Both the position numbers and the translations under genes were made by a program. A DNA stretch of 64,000 bases from an uncultured SAR86 cluster bacterium (lineage in GTDB: Bacteria; Pseudomonadota; Gammaproteobacteria; Magnimaribacterales; D2472), in assembly GCA_943789005.1 (NCBI GenBank), contig CALSSL010000003.1, positions 67,408-131,407 on the forward strand, given 5' to 3'. Position 1 is the first letter of the stretch. Every line of letters starts with the position of its first letter. Below the pieces are notes generated by a model. It saw nothing but the letters and a program-made list of their open reading frames with translations, was not told the DNA's origin and ran no database searches. Positions 33,089 through 41,860 of this stretch are shown here, in pieces.

Positions 33089-34288
33089 TTAAGATTTAGT
33101 ATTTAAAGCAATTATATGTAATATTTCGCGAGCAATTTTAATTTTTTTATTTTTTTTAAGAAAAATAGTTTCATTTTTTGTAATGACATGGACCTCATTA
33201 TCATCCGAATCAAACCCAATTGAATTATCTGATACATCGTTTGAAATTATCATATTAAGGTTTTTTGAATTCAATTTTTTGTTTGCATTATCATTTACAT
33301 TTGAAGTCTCCGCAGCAAACCCAACAATATAAGCAGAACTATGTCGCTTAGACACTTCAGATAAAATATCATGATTTTTTTGTAAATTAATTTCAAGATT
33401 TTCTGAATCCTCTTTTTTAATTTTGGTGTTTGAATAATTGGTAGGTTTAAAATCAGCAACAGCTGCACAGGATATGAAAATATCAGATGACTCCATACAT
33501 TCAAAAACCTTATTAAGCATTTCATCAGCCGAATTAATTTTAAATAAATTTATTCCTTTATTAGCTTTTAAAGATACGGGACCGCTAACTAGATTTACAT
33601 TTGCGCCTTGAAGCCTTGCCGCGTCTGCAAGAGCATAACCCATTTTTCCTGAGCTATTATTTGATATATACCTTACAGGATCTATTTGTTCTCTTGTTGG
33701 ACCAGCAGTAATAGTTATAGTTTTTCCAGACAAAGGCCCTTTATGTAGATCAGATTTAATTAACTCAATTATTTTTTCAGGCTCAACAAGTCTTCCCGGC
33801 CCAACATCACCACAAGCCTGCTCACCCTTATCTGGACCAATGAAATTAATACCTCTAGATAAAAGTGTTTGAAAATTATCTTGGGTACTTTTATCTAGCC
33901 ACATTGTTGTATTCATTGCAGGTGCTATAAAAGTTGGTGCCTTTGAAGCTAGAATTACAGAACCCATTAAATCGTCCGCTCTGCCATGAGTTATCTTTGC
34001 TAAAGATTCTGCTGAACAAGGTGCGATTAAAATGATGTCTGCCCATTTAGCTAATTCTATGTGGCCCATTGCAGATTCAGCTTTTACATCTAACAATGAA
34101 TCATGTATTTCATTTCCAGAAACAGCTTGAAGGGTTAATGGCGTTATAAACTCTTTTGCTGATTCTGTCATGACAACCCTTACTTCTGCTCCATCTTTTT
34201 TAAATAAACGAATAATTTCTGCGAGTTTATATGCAGCTATACTGCCTGTAACGCAGAGTAAAATATTTGTATTTAAAAAATTAAGCAT
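33089..34288 (-). CDS. coaBC: Bifunctional phosphopantothenoylcysteine decarboxylase/synthetase
   Basis: 399 aa with N-terminal flavoprotein (LLCVTGSIAAYK, PAMNTTMW) and C-terminal CoaB (ITAGPTREQIDPVRYISNNSSGKMG). Confidence 0.93.
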   Translation of the reverse strand: MLNFLNTNILLCVTGSIAAYKLAEIIRLFKKDGAEVRVVMTESAKEFITPLTLQAVSGNEIHDSLLDVKAESAMGHIELAKWADIILIAPCSAESLAKITHGRADDLMGSVILASKAPTFIAPAMNTTMWLDKSTQDNFQTLLSRGINFIGPDKGEQACGDVGPGRLVEPEKIIELIKSDLHKGPLSGKTITITAGPTREQIDPVRYISNNSSGKMGYALADAARLQGANVNLVSGPVSLKANKGINLFKINSADEMLNKVFECMESSDIFISCAAVADFKPTNYSNTKIKKEDSENLEINLQKNHDILSEVSKRHSSAYIVGFAAETSNVNDNANKKLNSKNLNMIISNDVSDNSIGFDSDDNEVHVITKNETIFLKKNKKIKIAREILHIIALNTKS

Positions 34289-34309
34289 TTTCTTAGCTAT
34301 TCAGATTTA

Positions 34310-35260
34310 TTAGAGAATGATACCAATTACACGATCTATAAACCAATAAAAACCCATCCCACCGATACATAAACTTGCTATTATTTGTAGATAATTTTGA
34401 AAATTAATTTTTGAAGCAATATAAATTAATATTAAAGGGATTGGGATAAGCGCTATTTGCGCTAATTCGATACCAATATTAAAAAACAGCAATGACAGTA
34501 GCATTTGATCGTTGGAAATCCCTATATCACTTAATGCTCCTGCAAAGCCCAAGCCATGAAGCAAACCAAAACTAAAAGCCATTAACCAGGGTGTTTTAAG
34601 CTGTTTATCACTATCATTAATTTCTAAGGCTAAATAGACTATTGTAAGTGCAATAAGAGCCTCTACTGTGCCTTGAGGTAGATAAATGATGTTATAGATA
34701 GAAAGACCTAAAGTAATGCTGTGAGCGACAGTAAATGCAGTTATGGTTTTTATAATATTTACTAGACCGCTAATACAAAATAATAAACCGAATATAAATA
34801 AAATATGATCAAGTCCATCAAATAAATGACCAACTCCAAGGTATAAATATGCTGTTGGATAATATTGCTCAACTAATGGGATTTCTATTTTATTTTTTTG
34901 AACATTAATCAACCCTTCAAAGGTATCATCATTAAAATTTATAGTTACTAGTGCATCAGTTAAAACACTTAGATTAACAATTTCTATAAATCTGCCTTTA
35001 ATATTCTCAGTACATTCAAGAGTAATTTTTTCAATAATGTACTTACCTTGAACAAATGGATCTGAGCCTGTTGGCGTGCATGTATTTGGAAATATTACAT
35101 CAGCTCTTTTTCCTATATTTTTAAACGGATACATCCAAATAGCATCATAAGAATTTTGATTAGTATCAGACTGATCAATAATTAAATGAGCAGGATTAAA
35201 TTCATGAGACAAAAGATTAAGAGAACTAATTAATAAAAAAAAAGATAATAATTTTTTCAT
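34310..35260 (-). CDS. HupE/UreJ-family membrane protein with an extra N-terminal periplasmic domain of about 130 aa
   Basis: 316 aa. Signal peptide, then a soluble domain, then the HupE core (GVGHLFDGLDHILFIFGLLF; AHSITLG; LHGLGFAG). Start overlaps the stop of the upstream parvulin-like gene (TAATG). Confidence 0.75.
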   Translation of the reverse strand: MKKLLSFFLLISSLNLLSHEFNPAHLIIDQSDTNQNSYDAIWMYPFKNIGKRADVIFPNTCTPTGSDPFVQGKYIIEKITLECTENIKGRFIEIVNLSVLTDALVTINFNDDTFEGLINVQKNKIEIPLVEQYYPTAYLYLGVGHLFDGLDHILFIFGLLFCISGLVNIIKTITAFTVAHSITLGLSIYNIIYLPQGTVEALIALTIVYLALEINDSDKQLKTPWLMAFSFGLLHGLGFAGALSDIGISNDQMLLSLLFFNIGIELAQIALIPIPLILIYIASKINFQNYLQIIASLCIGGMGFYWFIDRVIGIIL

Positions 35261-36054
35261 TAAAATTTAAGATCTGGATTTATGAAAATTGTGTATTCTG
35301 ATCTAATATTATTTAAAAACCCTTTTACTGCCTGCTCTCTTTTCATCTGTAAGAAATCAACCTCTACCTGTCTTAAAACGTCTTCTATTTTAGGAATATA
35401 TCCTGGATTGATGGAGTTTATATAAACAATATGGTACCCATATGTTGATCTGATAGGTTTTGACCATTCTTGAGGTGCAAGGTTTATAAAATTTGTTGCA
35501 AACTCTTTTCCAAAGTTACTTTCAATATTTCTAAAGGGCTCATTTGCAAATGCTTTACCTAAATAGAATGGATCAGATTTGAAAGTACTATTTTCTTGCA
35601 GAGCTTTTAATGCTTGTTGAGATCTCTCAAGGGAGTTGTTGTTTTCTGAAAAATAATAATGTGTGAATGTGAATGAAGATTCAATAAAGTACTTATCTTT
35701 GTTATTTTCATAATACTTGTTTAGTTCTTTTGCAGAGGGAATCTCAAGGATTGATTCTTCTTTTAAAAATGAAATTTTTTGAGCAAGGCGCCTTTTTATA
35801 ATTGTATCTTCTTGATCTAGTCCCAAAAGAAGAGCTTCTCTATAGAGAATTTCTTCATCAACTAAATTATTTATTATTCTTGCTAGCTCATCATTTGACG
35901 GATCTCTACCAACTTGTGATTTCCATGCGCTAATTAAACTAAGGATCTCTTGATCTGATATGAATATACTTTTATCTTTATCAGCATTCATTGCCGTATC
36001 AATCACATACAAACAAATACCTATAACAAAAAATATTAATACTTTGTATTTCAA
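35260..36054 (-). CDS. Membrane-anchored parvulin-type peptidyl-prolyl isomerase-like protein
   Basis: 264 aa with N-terminal TM, SurA-N-like helical region and C-terminal rotamase-like KPIRSTYGYHIVYI. Confidence 0.65.
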   Translation of the reverse strand: MKYKVLIFFVIGICLYVIDTAMNADKDKSIFISDQEILSLISAWKSQVGRDPSNDELARIINNLVDEEILYREALLLGLDQEDTIIKRRLAQKISFLKEESILEIPSAKELNKYYENNKDKYFIESSFTFTHYYFSENNNSLERSQQALKALQENSTFKSDPFYLGKAFANEPFRNIESNFGKEFATNFINLAPQEWSKPIRSTYGYHIVYINSINPGYIPKIEDVLRQVEVDFLQMKREQAVKGFLNNIRSEYTIFINPDLKF

Positions 36055-36077
36055 TCTATTATCTAAAATTATTAAAT

Positions 36078-38228
36078 TTAAGTACTTAAATTAATCATTC
36101 TTACTGTTCCTCCAAGAGGAACAACATCAACATCACTTGCTGGTGGAATATACCATATAGGTGATGACCATGCTCTTTCTTGAATAGTATCGTGCAGATC
36201 TTCTCGTGGCTTAAAGCCTCTACTTATTGCATCCCATGTACTCCACCTACAGGTAGGATTTTCCAACACTCTTGCATAATAGAAAGATTTAGTTTCGTTA
36301 TCAAATTCTGGGTCTACCCAGCTAGCTTTTAATTCTGCTGAACCCACGTTTTTAGTTATAGAGCAATCATTGATATTTACTTTAGCTCCATTATCTGGGC
36401 ATCTATTTGTTAGAGGATCAACTTGAAGACCATCAGAACAAACAACATCAAAAACTTTTTCATGACCTCTTCCTGAACCATCCGACCAACCCTTTATAAT
36501 CTGGACTCTTTGAAGTGGTGCACCATTTTTGTCTCTTTGTGCCCAAACAATAAACTCAGGGGCTTTATCACCATCACCAACTAGATCCGAACCCATAGTG
36601 ACTCCATTTTGATAGGCTTGACTAACGAGCATCTCAGAATTTAAATCTATGTTAGATAAGTTATAACCAGCAAAGAAACGGACAGCAATACGAGTTCCTG
36701 TTGTTGCAAAAGTTTCTTTTCTTTTGAAAGCTTTAAATATTGAATCTCTAGTATTTTCTTCTGCCCAAACAGCAGCCAAACCTGATGCGCCCCATTGAGT
36801 AAAACCGGTGTTTGCATATTCACCTTGTTCTAATGAAACAGTGCTTCTTGGCTGATTAAATGCTCTCATGTAGTCATCCATTCTTTGAATATTCTCTTGG
36901 GCGAGAGGAGCAGATCCTCTATTTTCAGGATCACCATCTAAAATACCAACCTTAGACCAATAATTTGATTCATCGAAGGCTCCAGCACCAGTATGAGTAT
37001 CAGAGGAACCAATAAGACCAAATTTATATGGATTGCCTTGCTTAGTAAATTCTAGTGTCAATCCATTTAAATAGGCTTCTCTAACATAACTACCAGATGG
37101 TCTACTAAAAGTTGGTGGCCTACTCCCTACTCTAACATCCATTATCTCAAAGTCAGCCCATTCATCATCTGGTGAAAGCAATGGGTGTGTCTCTGAGGTA
37201 CCTTTAACTTGAGTAACCTCAACCAAAGGCTCGTTTCGCATTCTTTTTTCAGCATATTCTCTATTAATTGGGTCAGAGTAAAATGTCTCCATTTCAAACA
37301 TCTGACCATTTGATCCATTAGGATTATGAGGTATTGAAACTGTATCGACACCCTTATTACGTAATTTATCTTGCCATGTCCATAAATCTTCAGGGTTTAT
37401 TGAGTCTATTCTAGTCCAGGGTCTAATAGGAGCTTTTGATGAATTAAAAATAACATTTCTATGTAAATTACCACCCTCAATATTTGTTGAGGTTGTAAAT
37501 TCATACCCTATAAAAGTTGTGAAATGACCGGGATCATTATGCTCATTAGCTGCTCTAGCAACATCTTCCCAAGCGGATTTATGAATTTCATAGTCAAAAG
37601 ATTTTAAAGCGGTTTGAGTGTTTTTTGTAAACCAAGCTTTTAATATATTAGGATTTAAATCTGAATAAGCTTGGGTAATAGTTCCTCCAAGAATTGTGCT
37701 AAACAACGCAGATCTCGGTCCAGCTGATTCAGATGTCAAATTCTCTACTCTATTTAAATCATGGAAAGGTTTGGCAAAATCTTTTTGAGAGATATCAGTT
37801 GTGGTATCTGACCAAGCATTCAGCATACCCATAAAAAAACCATGATCAGTAACTGAATAAAAGTCTAATGGTTCTTGTAATTTCATTTCATATCCCATGG
37901 GATGCATAATGCCATCGCCTTTAGCATACCTGTAAGCGTCATTTGGAGTTGCTGTAACACCAAATATGTAAGCATCAAAAGAATGCTTAGTATGAACATG
38001 TAGATCTCCATAATAAGGATTTCTATCTTTATTAGGTTTTGGTTTTGGTTTAGATGATTTTTCTTCATCAGATGAAAAATCTATAATTTTAGTAGCGCTA
38101 TCTGACCTCATCATATCTAAGATACTAAGCACTGGCCTAGAATCGGTTACTGATGAATACAAGCCGGCAAATAAAGCTAAATAGATTACAGGTAATGCTA
38201 TTAAGAGCTTTATAAAAATTGATTTCAT
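36078..38228 (-). CDS. DUF3604 family protein (PHP-like predicted metallo-phosphoesterase), membrane-anchored, copy 1
   Basis: N-terminal TM, then GDLHVHTKHSFDAY, VTDHG, GYEFT, LHRNVIF, IPHNPN, GTSETHP, GSSDTH. Cys-rich C-terminus CSDGLQVDP..RCPDNGA..NDCS..CRWSTWDAI..ERAWSSPIWY. I chose ATG 38228 (GGAGA SD 7 nt upstream) over the tracked TTG 38243. Confidence 0.8.
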   Translation of the reverse strand: MKSIFIKLLIALPVIYLALFAGLYSSVTDSRPVLSILDMMRSDSATKIIDFSSDEEKSSKPKPKPNKDRNPYYGDLHVHTKHSFDAYIFGVTATPNDAYRYAKGDGIMHPMGYEMKLQEPLDFYSVTDHGFFMGMLNAWSDTTTDISQKDFAKPFHDLNRVENLTSESAGPRSALFSTILGGTITQAYSDLNPNILKAWFTKNTQTALKSFDYEIHKSAWEDVARAANEHNDPGHFTTFIGYEFTTSTNIEGGNLHRNVIFNSSKAPIRPWTRIDSINPEDLWTWQDKLRNKGVDTVSIPHNPNGSNGQMFEMETFYSDPINREYAEKRMRNEPLVEVTQVKGTSETHPLLSPDDEWADFEIMDVRVGSRPPTFSRPSGSYVREAYLNGLTLEFTKQGNPYKFGLIGSSDTHTGAGAFDESNYWSKVGILDGDPENRGSAPLAQENIQRMDDYMRAFNQPRSTVSLEQGEYANTGFTQWGASGLAAVWAEENTRDSIFKAFKRKETFATTGTRIAVRFFAGYNLSNIDLNSEMLVSQAYQNGVTMGSDLVGDGDKAPEFIVWAQRDKNGAPLQRVQIIKGWSDGSGRGHEKVFDVVCSDGLQVDPLTNRCPDNGAKVNINDCSITKNVGSAELKASWVDPEFDNETKSFYYARVLENPTCRWSTWDAISRGFKPREDLHDTIQERAWSSPIWYIPPASDVDVVPLGGTVRMINLST

Positions 38229-38273
38229 TCCGAATCTCCCCAAATGTATATTTATATCAATTAAATCAACTCA

Positions 38274-38289
38274 ATTGACTATAGTCAAT
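38274..38289. promoter_or_regulatory. 16-bp perfect palindrome ATTGACTATAGTCAAT (TTGA-N6-TCAA, CRP/FNR-type geometry)
   Basis: Seen directly in the 88-nt gap between the two DUF3604 genes. Its centre is about 53 nt upstream of ATG 38228. Confidence 0.4.
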
Positions 38290-38331
38290 CAAATTAAATG
38301 CGAATTGATTATGCTTAAATGAGCGAGCATA

Positions 38332-40341
38332 TTAAATTGATTTTACCCAAATTGGTGATGACCAAGCTCTTTCTTGAATAACTGAATCAATATCAGATCT
38401 TGGCTTCTCTCCGTTTCTAATCGCATCCCATGTTGACCATCTACATGATGGATTTTCTATGACACGAACATAATAAAAAGCATTTATATCAGAATTAAAT
38501 TCTGGATCTTTCCAGAAAGTTTTAAGCTCTGTTGCCCCTATATTTGCTGTAGTTGAGCAGTCATTAAGATTAACCTCTGCTCCATTGTCCGGACAACGAT
38601 GAGTTATTGGATCAACCTTCAAACCATCTGAACATGCTACATCAAAAATCTTTTCATTATGAACTCCATTTTCAACCCATCCTTTAACTACCTGAGATCT
38701 TTGTAATTTATTACTAAGTGGGTCTGAAACCGCCCATATTAAAAATGTTGGGCTCATTTGATTATCTATAAAAATATCTCCACCCATAGGTGTACTTAAT
38801 GAATAAGCTTTTCTAATAAGATTTTCATCAGAAAGATTGTAATTCTCTAAATCATAGCCGCCAAAAAATCTCACCTTTATTCTGGGACCAGATGTTGCAA
38901 AGGTTTCTTTTTTTCTGAAAGCTGCGAAGATTGATTCTCGAGTATTTTCTTCAGCCCATACACCAGCAAGACCAGAGGCTCCAAAATAAATAAGTCGATC
39001 ACCTACATTTAAATAATAGTTATTATTAACATATTTCACTGAACCTTCCTTAATTTTACTCATAATGAAACCATAAGTTTTATTAAAAGGTATGGAACCT
39101 CTTAGTTTAGGTGTGCCATCTAAAGAGCCAATTTTAGAAAAAAATGTTTCTTCATTATATGAACCGCCACCAACATGACTATCACTTGAACCGATGAGAC
39201 CAAATTTATAAGGATTAATAATTCCATTTTCTTCCATGGCTAGTCCTCTTAAATAAGCATTTCTAACATATGCACCTTTAATATTTTTTATCTCATTTGC
39301 AGGGTATTGAGACGGGACAGCTGTTTCAAAAGAAGCCCATTCATCATTTTTTGAAATTAATGGATGGGTTTCAGAGGTTCCTTTGGCTTGAGTAATTTCA
39401 ACAAGAGGTTCATTCATTGCTCTGTTTGAACTATAAGCATCATCAATTGGTCCGCCATTAAAATCCTCATTTGAAAAAGCAGCACCACCAGATATGTTTG
39501 AATTATGAGGTATAGCTAAACTATCTATACCACTTTCTCTAAGACCATTCATCCAGTTCCATAATGGTTCTGGGTTTTGACTGTCTAATCTTGTAAAAAT
39601 TTTATTAGGAAGATTTTTAGTATCTTCAAATATGACATTTCGATGCAGATACTTGTCATATAAATCTTCAGAAGAAGTATATTCATAACCTGCAAAGGTT
39701 GTAAAAATACCAGGCATGTATGCATCATCAGCAGCTTTTATGGTTTCTTTCCAAACACTTTCCTGAACCTCATCTATCAAATTTTTATCAAGAGCTCCAT
39801 TTCCAATACCTTCAATAGTAGTTCTTGCAAAATTTCTGAATAAACCGGCTCTTCTAGTGGCACCTAGAAATCCATCAGATATTGATTCATTTAGATTATG
39901 TAATGGTTTTGTATACTCATATTTAGAAAATAAAGATGTTGTATCAGCTGCATTTGGAAGAAGTCCTAGAAAAAAACCATGATCAGTGACTGCATAAAAA
40001 TCGAGCGGTCTTCTGAGTTGTATGTCATATCCTGTTGGATGAGGAATTGACTCTCCTTGTGCATATTTGTATGCCATTTCAGGGTCACTTAAGGTACCAA
40101 ATGTATAAGCATCGAATGAGTTTGACGTGTGTATATGCAAATCTCCAAAATATGCGTTTTTATCTGGATTTGGTGAAGGTGATAATCTATTTTTTAATAG
40201 ATCATCTATTTGATAATAAGAATCATCCAGTGAAGTTTGAACTTGTTGATCTTTTTCTACATTAAGAAAAAATAGAGCATGTATAATGAAACTAATTGCT
40301 ATAAGTATTAGTGTTACAAAAATAGCCCCTAACTTTTTCAT
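38332..40341 (-). CDS. DUF3604 family protein, membrane-anchored, copy 2 (paralog)
   Basis: 669 aa with the same motif set (GDLHIHTSNSFDAY, VTDHG, GYEYT, LHRNVIF, IPHNSN, GTSETHP, GSSDSH, CSDGLKVDP..RCPDNGA..CRWSTWDAI..ERAWSSPIW). Confidence 0.8.
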   Translation of the reverse strand: MKKLGAIFVTLILIAISFIIHALFFLNVEKDQQVQTSLDDSYYQIDDLLKNRLSPSPNPDKNAYFGDLHIHTSNSFDAYTFGTLSDPEMAYKYAQGESIPHPTGYDIQLRRPLDFYAVTDHGFFLGLLPNAADTTSLFSKYEYTKPLHNLNESISDGFLGATRRAGLFRNFARTTIEGIGNGALDKNLIDEVQESVWKETIKAADDAYMPGIFTTFAGYEYTSSEDLYDKYLHRNVIFEDTKNLPNKIFTRLDSQNPEPLWNWMNGLRESGIDSLAIPHNSNISGGAAFSNEDFNGGPIDDAYSSNRAMNEPLVEITQAKGTSETHPLISKNDEWASFETAVPSQYPANEIKNIKGAYVRNAYLRGLAMEENGIINPYKFGLIGSSDSHVGGGSYNEETFFSKIGSLDGTPKLRGSIPFNKTYGFIMSKIKEGSVKYVNNNYYLNVGDRLIYFGASGLAGVWAEENTRESIFAAFRKKETFATSGPRIKVRFFGGYDLENYNLSDENLIRKAYSLSTPMGGDIFIDNQMSPTFLIWAVSDPLSNKLQRSQVVKGWVENGVHNEKIFDVACSDGLKVDPITHRCPDNGAEVNLNDCSTTANIGATELKTFWKDPEFNSDINAFYYVRVIENPSCRWSTWDAIRNGEKPRSDIDSVIQERAWSSPIWVKSI

Positions 40342-40389
40342 GATTAAGTTATCCTAGCACAAGGGTAAAAAAGAATATAATACTCTTCT

Positions 40390-40466
40390 GCGCCTGTAGC
40401 TCAGTTGGATAGAGTACTTGGCTTCGAACCAAGGGGTCGGGAGTTCGAATCTTCCCGGGCGCACCA
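40390..40466 (+). tRNA. tRNA-Arg (anticodon UCG)
   Basis: 77 nt: GCGCCTGTAGCTCAGTTGGATAGAGTACTTGGCTTCGAACCAAGGGGTCGGGAGTTCGAATCTTCCCGGGCGCACCA, loop CT-TCG-AA. Differs from the ACG gene at about 6 positions. Confidence 0.93.
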
Positions 40467-40513
40467 ATTATAAAAAAGAAGAAATTGATTATGTATATAA
40501 TTTATATAGTTTT

Positions 40514-40894
40514 TTATCTGTTAAGAGGGCCTTTGTTATCAACCCAATCTGTAAATCCACCTATATTAAAAATAGAAGAATAGCCCTTATTAACTAGAGT
40601 CAAACCAACAAGAGCTGATCTAACTCCAACAGCGCAATACAAAAAAATATTTATATTATCTCTGTCATCGATATATTGATCGATAAGTTCATTTGAAAAG
40701 CTTTGATCAAAAATACTTTTTGGTATATTTATTGCCCCTTGTATTAGGCCTGAAGCAGATACCTCTATCTCTTCTCTTACATCAATAATTAAATTTTTTT
40801 GGGATGACATCATTGCTACAGACTCATCAAATTTTAGTCTTGGTACACAATCATTAGCTTTTTGAAGAAGTTTTGTTAAGTCTATATCATTCAT
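40514..40894 (-). CDS. Rhodanese-domain sulfurtransferase
   Basis: 126 aa with active-site loop YCAVGVRS (C-x4-R). Confidence 0.8.
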   Translation of the reverse strand: MNDIDLTKLLQKANDCVPRLKFDESVAMMSSQKNLIIDVREEIEVSASGLIQGAINIPKSIFDQSFSNELIDQYIDDRDNINIFLYCAVGVRSALVGLTLVNKGYSSIFNIGGFTDWVDNKGPLNR

Positions 40895-40896
40895 AT

Positions 40897-41778
40897 TTAT
40901 GCCTTCGTATTAACTGAATTAATATATCCTTTTTTATTTGAATTAGATAAATAAATTCCTATAAGCACAATTAAGCATCCTAGAATAATTGTTGAAGTAA
41001 TTTTTTCATCTAAAAATATAGATCCCCATATAATTCCAAAAACAGGTAAAAAGTAAGCAACGGTTGAAGTTTTAACTGCTCCAATTTTATCAATCAACCT
41101 TACATAACCAAGAAAGCCTATACCAGTAGATACAGCGCCCAACCAAAATGCAGAACCAATAGCCGATGCCGACGGCATAGTCTCTGGAAGATTAAAAATT
41201 GATACTGGAATCATGAAGACTGCACTAAAGACAATAGACCAACCAATTAAAACCATTTTATTAGCATTTACTGACTGTCTTTGTATGTATACGGTTGAGT
41301 AAGAATAAAAAAATGCTGCTAGTAAGGCTGAAAAACTTGCAATTAAAGTTGTATCTGAGTTTTGAGGATTAACTAAAATAAAAATACCTATGAATCCTAG
41401 AATCAAGCCAAATAATTGTTTCAATGACACACTTTCTCCAATCCACAGATAGGCAATGATCATGGTATTAAATGCAGTTGTGGCATTTAGTATCGCTAGG
41501 ATGTTTGAATCAGCACCAAAACTTGCATATGAAAATAGTGTAAAAGGAATAGCATTATTCATTATTGATAAAACTAAAACCTGTTTCCATATGGGTTTTA
41601 AAAGATGAATGTATTTTTTTTGAAGGAGTATTGGTAAAAATATTAAGGATGCAATTAATAGTCTGGTATTAACGAGGGCTATAGGACCAAACTCTGGAGT
41701 AGCAACTTTTATAAACATAAAAGCGCTTCCCCAAAGAGCACCTAAAAAAGTTAATAGAATCCAGTACCTTATTTCCAT
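40897..41778 (-). CDS. EamA/DMT family transporter
   Basis: 293 aa, about 10 TM, two EamA repeats (LGALWGSAFMFIK). Confidence 0.85.
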   Translation of the reverse strand: MEIRYWILLTFLGALWGSAFMFIKVATPEFGPIALVNTRLLIASLIFLPILLQKKYIHLLKPIWKQVLVLSIMNNAIPFTLFSYASFGADSNILAILNATTAFNTMIIAYLWIGESVSLKQLFGLILGFIGIFILVNPQNSDTTLIASFSALLAAFFYSYSTVYIQRQSVNANKMVLIGWSIVFSAVFMIPVSIFNLPETMPSASAIGSAFWLGAVSTGIGFLGYVRLIDKIGAVKTSTVAYFLPVFGIIWGSIFLDEKITSTIILGCLIVLIGIYLSNSNKKGYINSVNTKA

Positions 41779-41789
41779 ATTAAAAAGAC

Positions 41790-41816
41790 AAAAAAACCCC
41801 CAAGTAAACTTGGGGG
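41790..41816 (-). terminator. Intrinsic terminator T2 (GC-rich hairpin plus U7), ending 11 nt before the EamA ATG
   Basis: Minus strand ACCCCCAAGTTTACTTGGGGG followed by TTTTTTT (plus-strand A-run 41790..41796). Confidence 0.8.
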
Positions 41817-41820
41817 TTAT

Positions 41821-41860
41821 AAAAAAATCTAGTTTAATTGCGACTGCAATTTAGAACTAG
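41821..41860 (-). terminator. Intrinsic terminator T1 (hairpin plus U7) immediately upstream of T2
   Basis: Minus strand CTAGTTCTAAATTGC-AGTC-GCAATTAAACTAG (41829..41860) followed by TTTTTTT (plus-strand A-run 41821..41827). Confidence 0.65.

Noticed and set aside
33295-38068. Same-strand alternative-frame ORFs inside coaBC (33295..33525) and DUF3604 copy 1 (37142..37351, 37883..38068)
   Set aside because: They are nested out of frame within genes that have strong family signatures, and they have no independent support.
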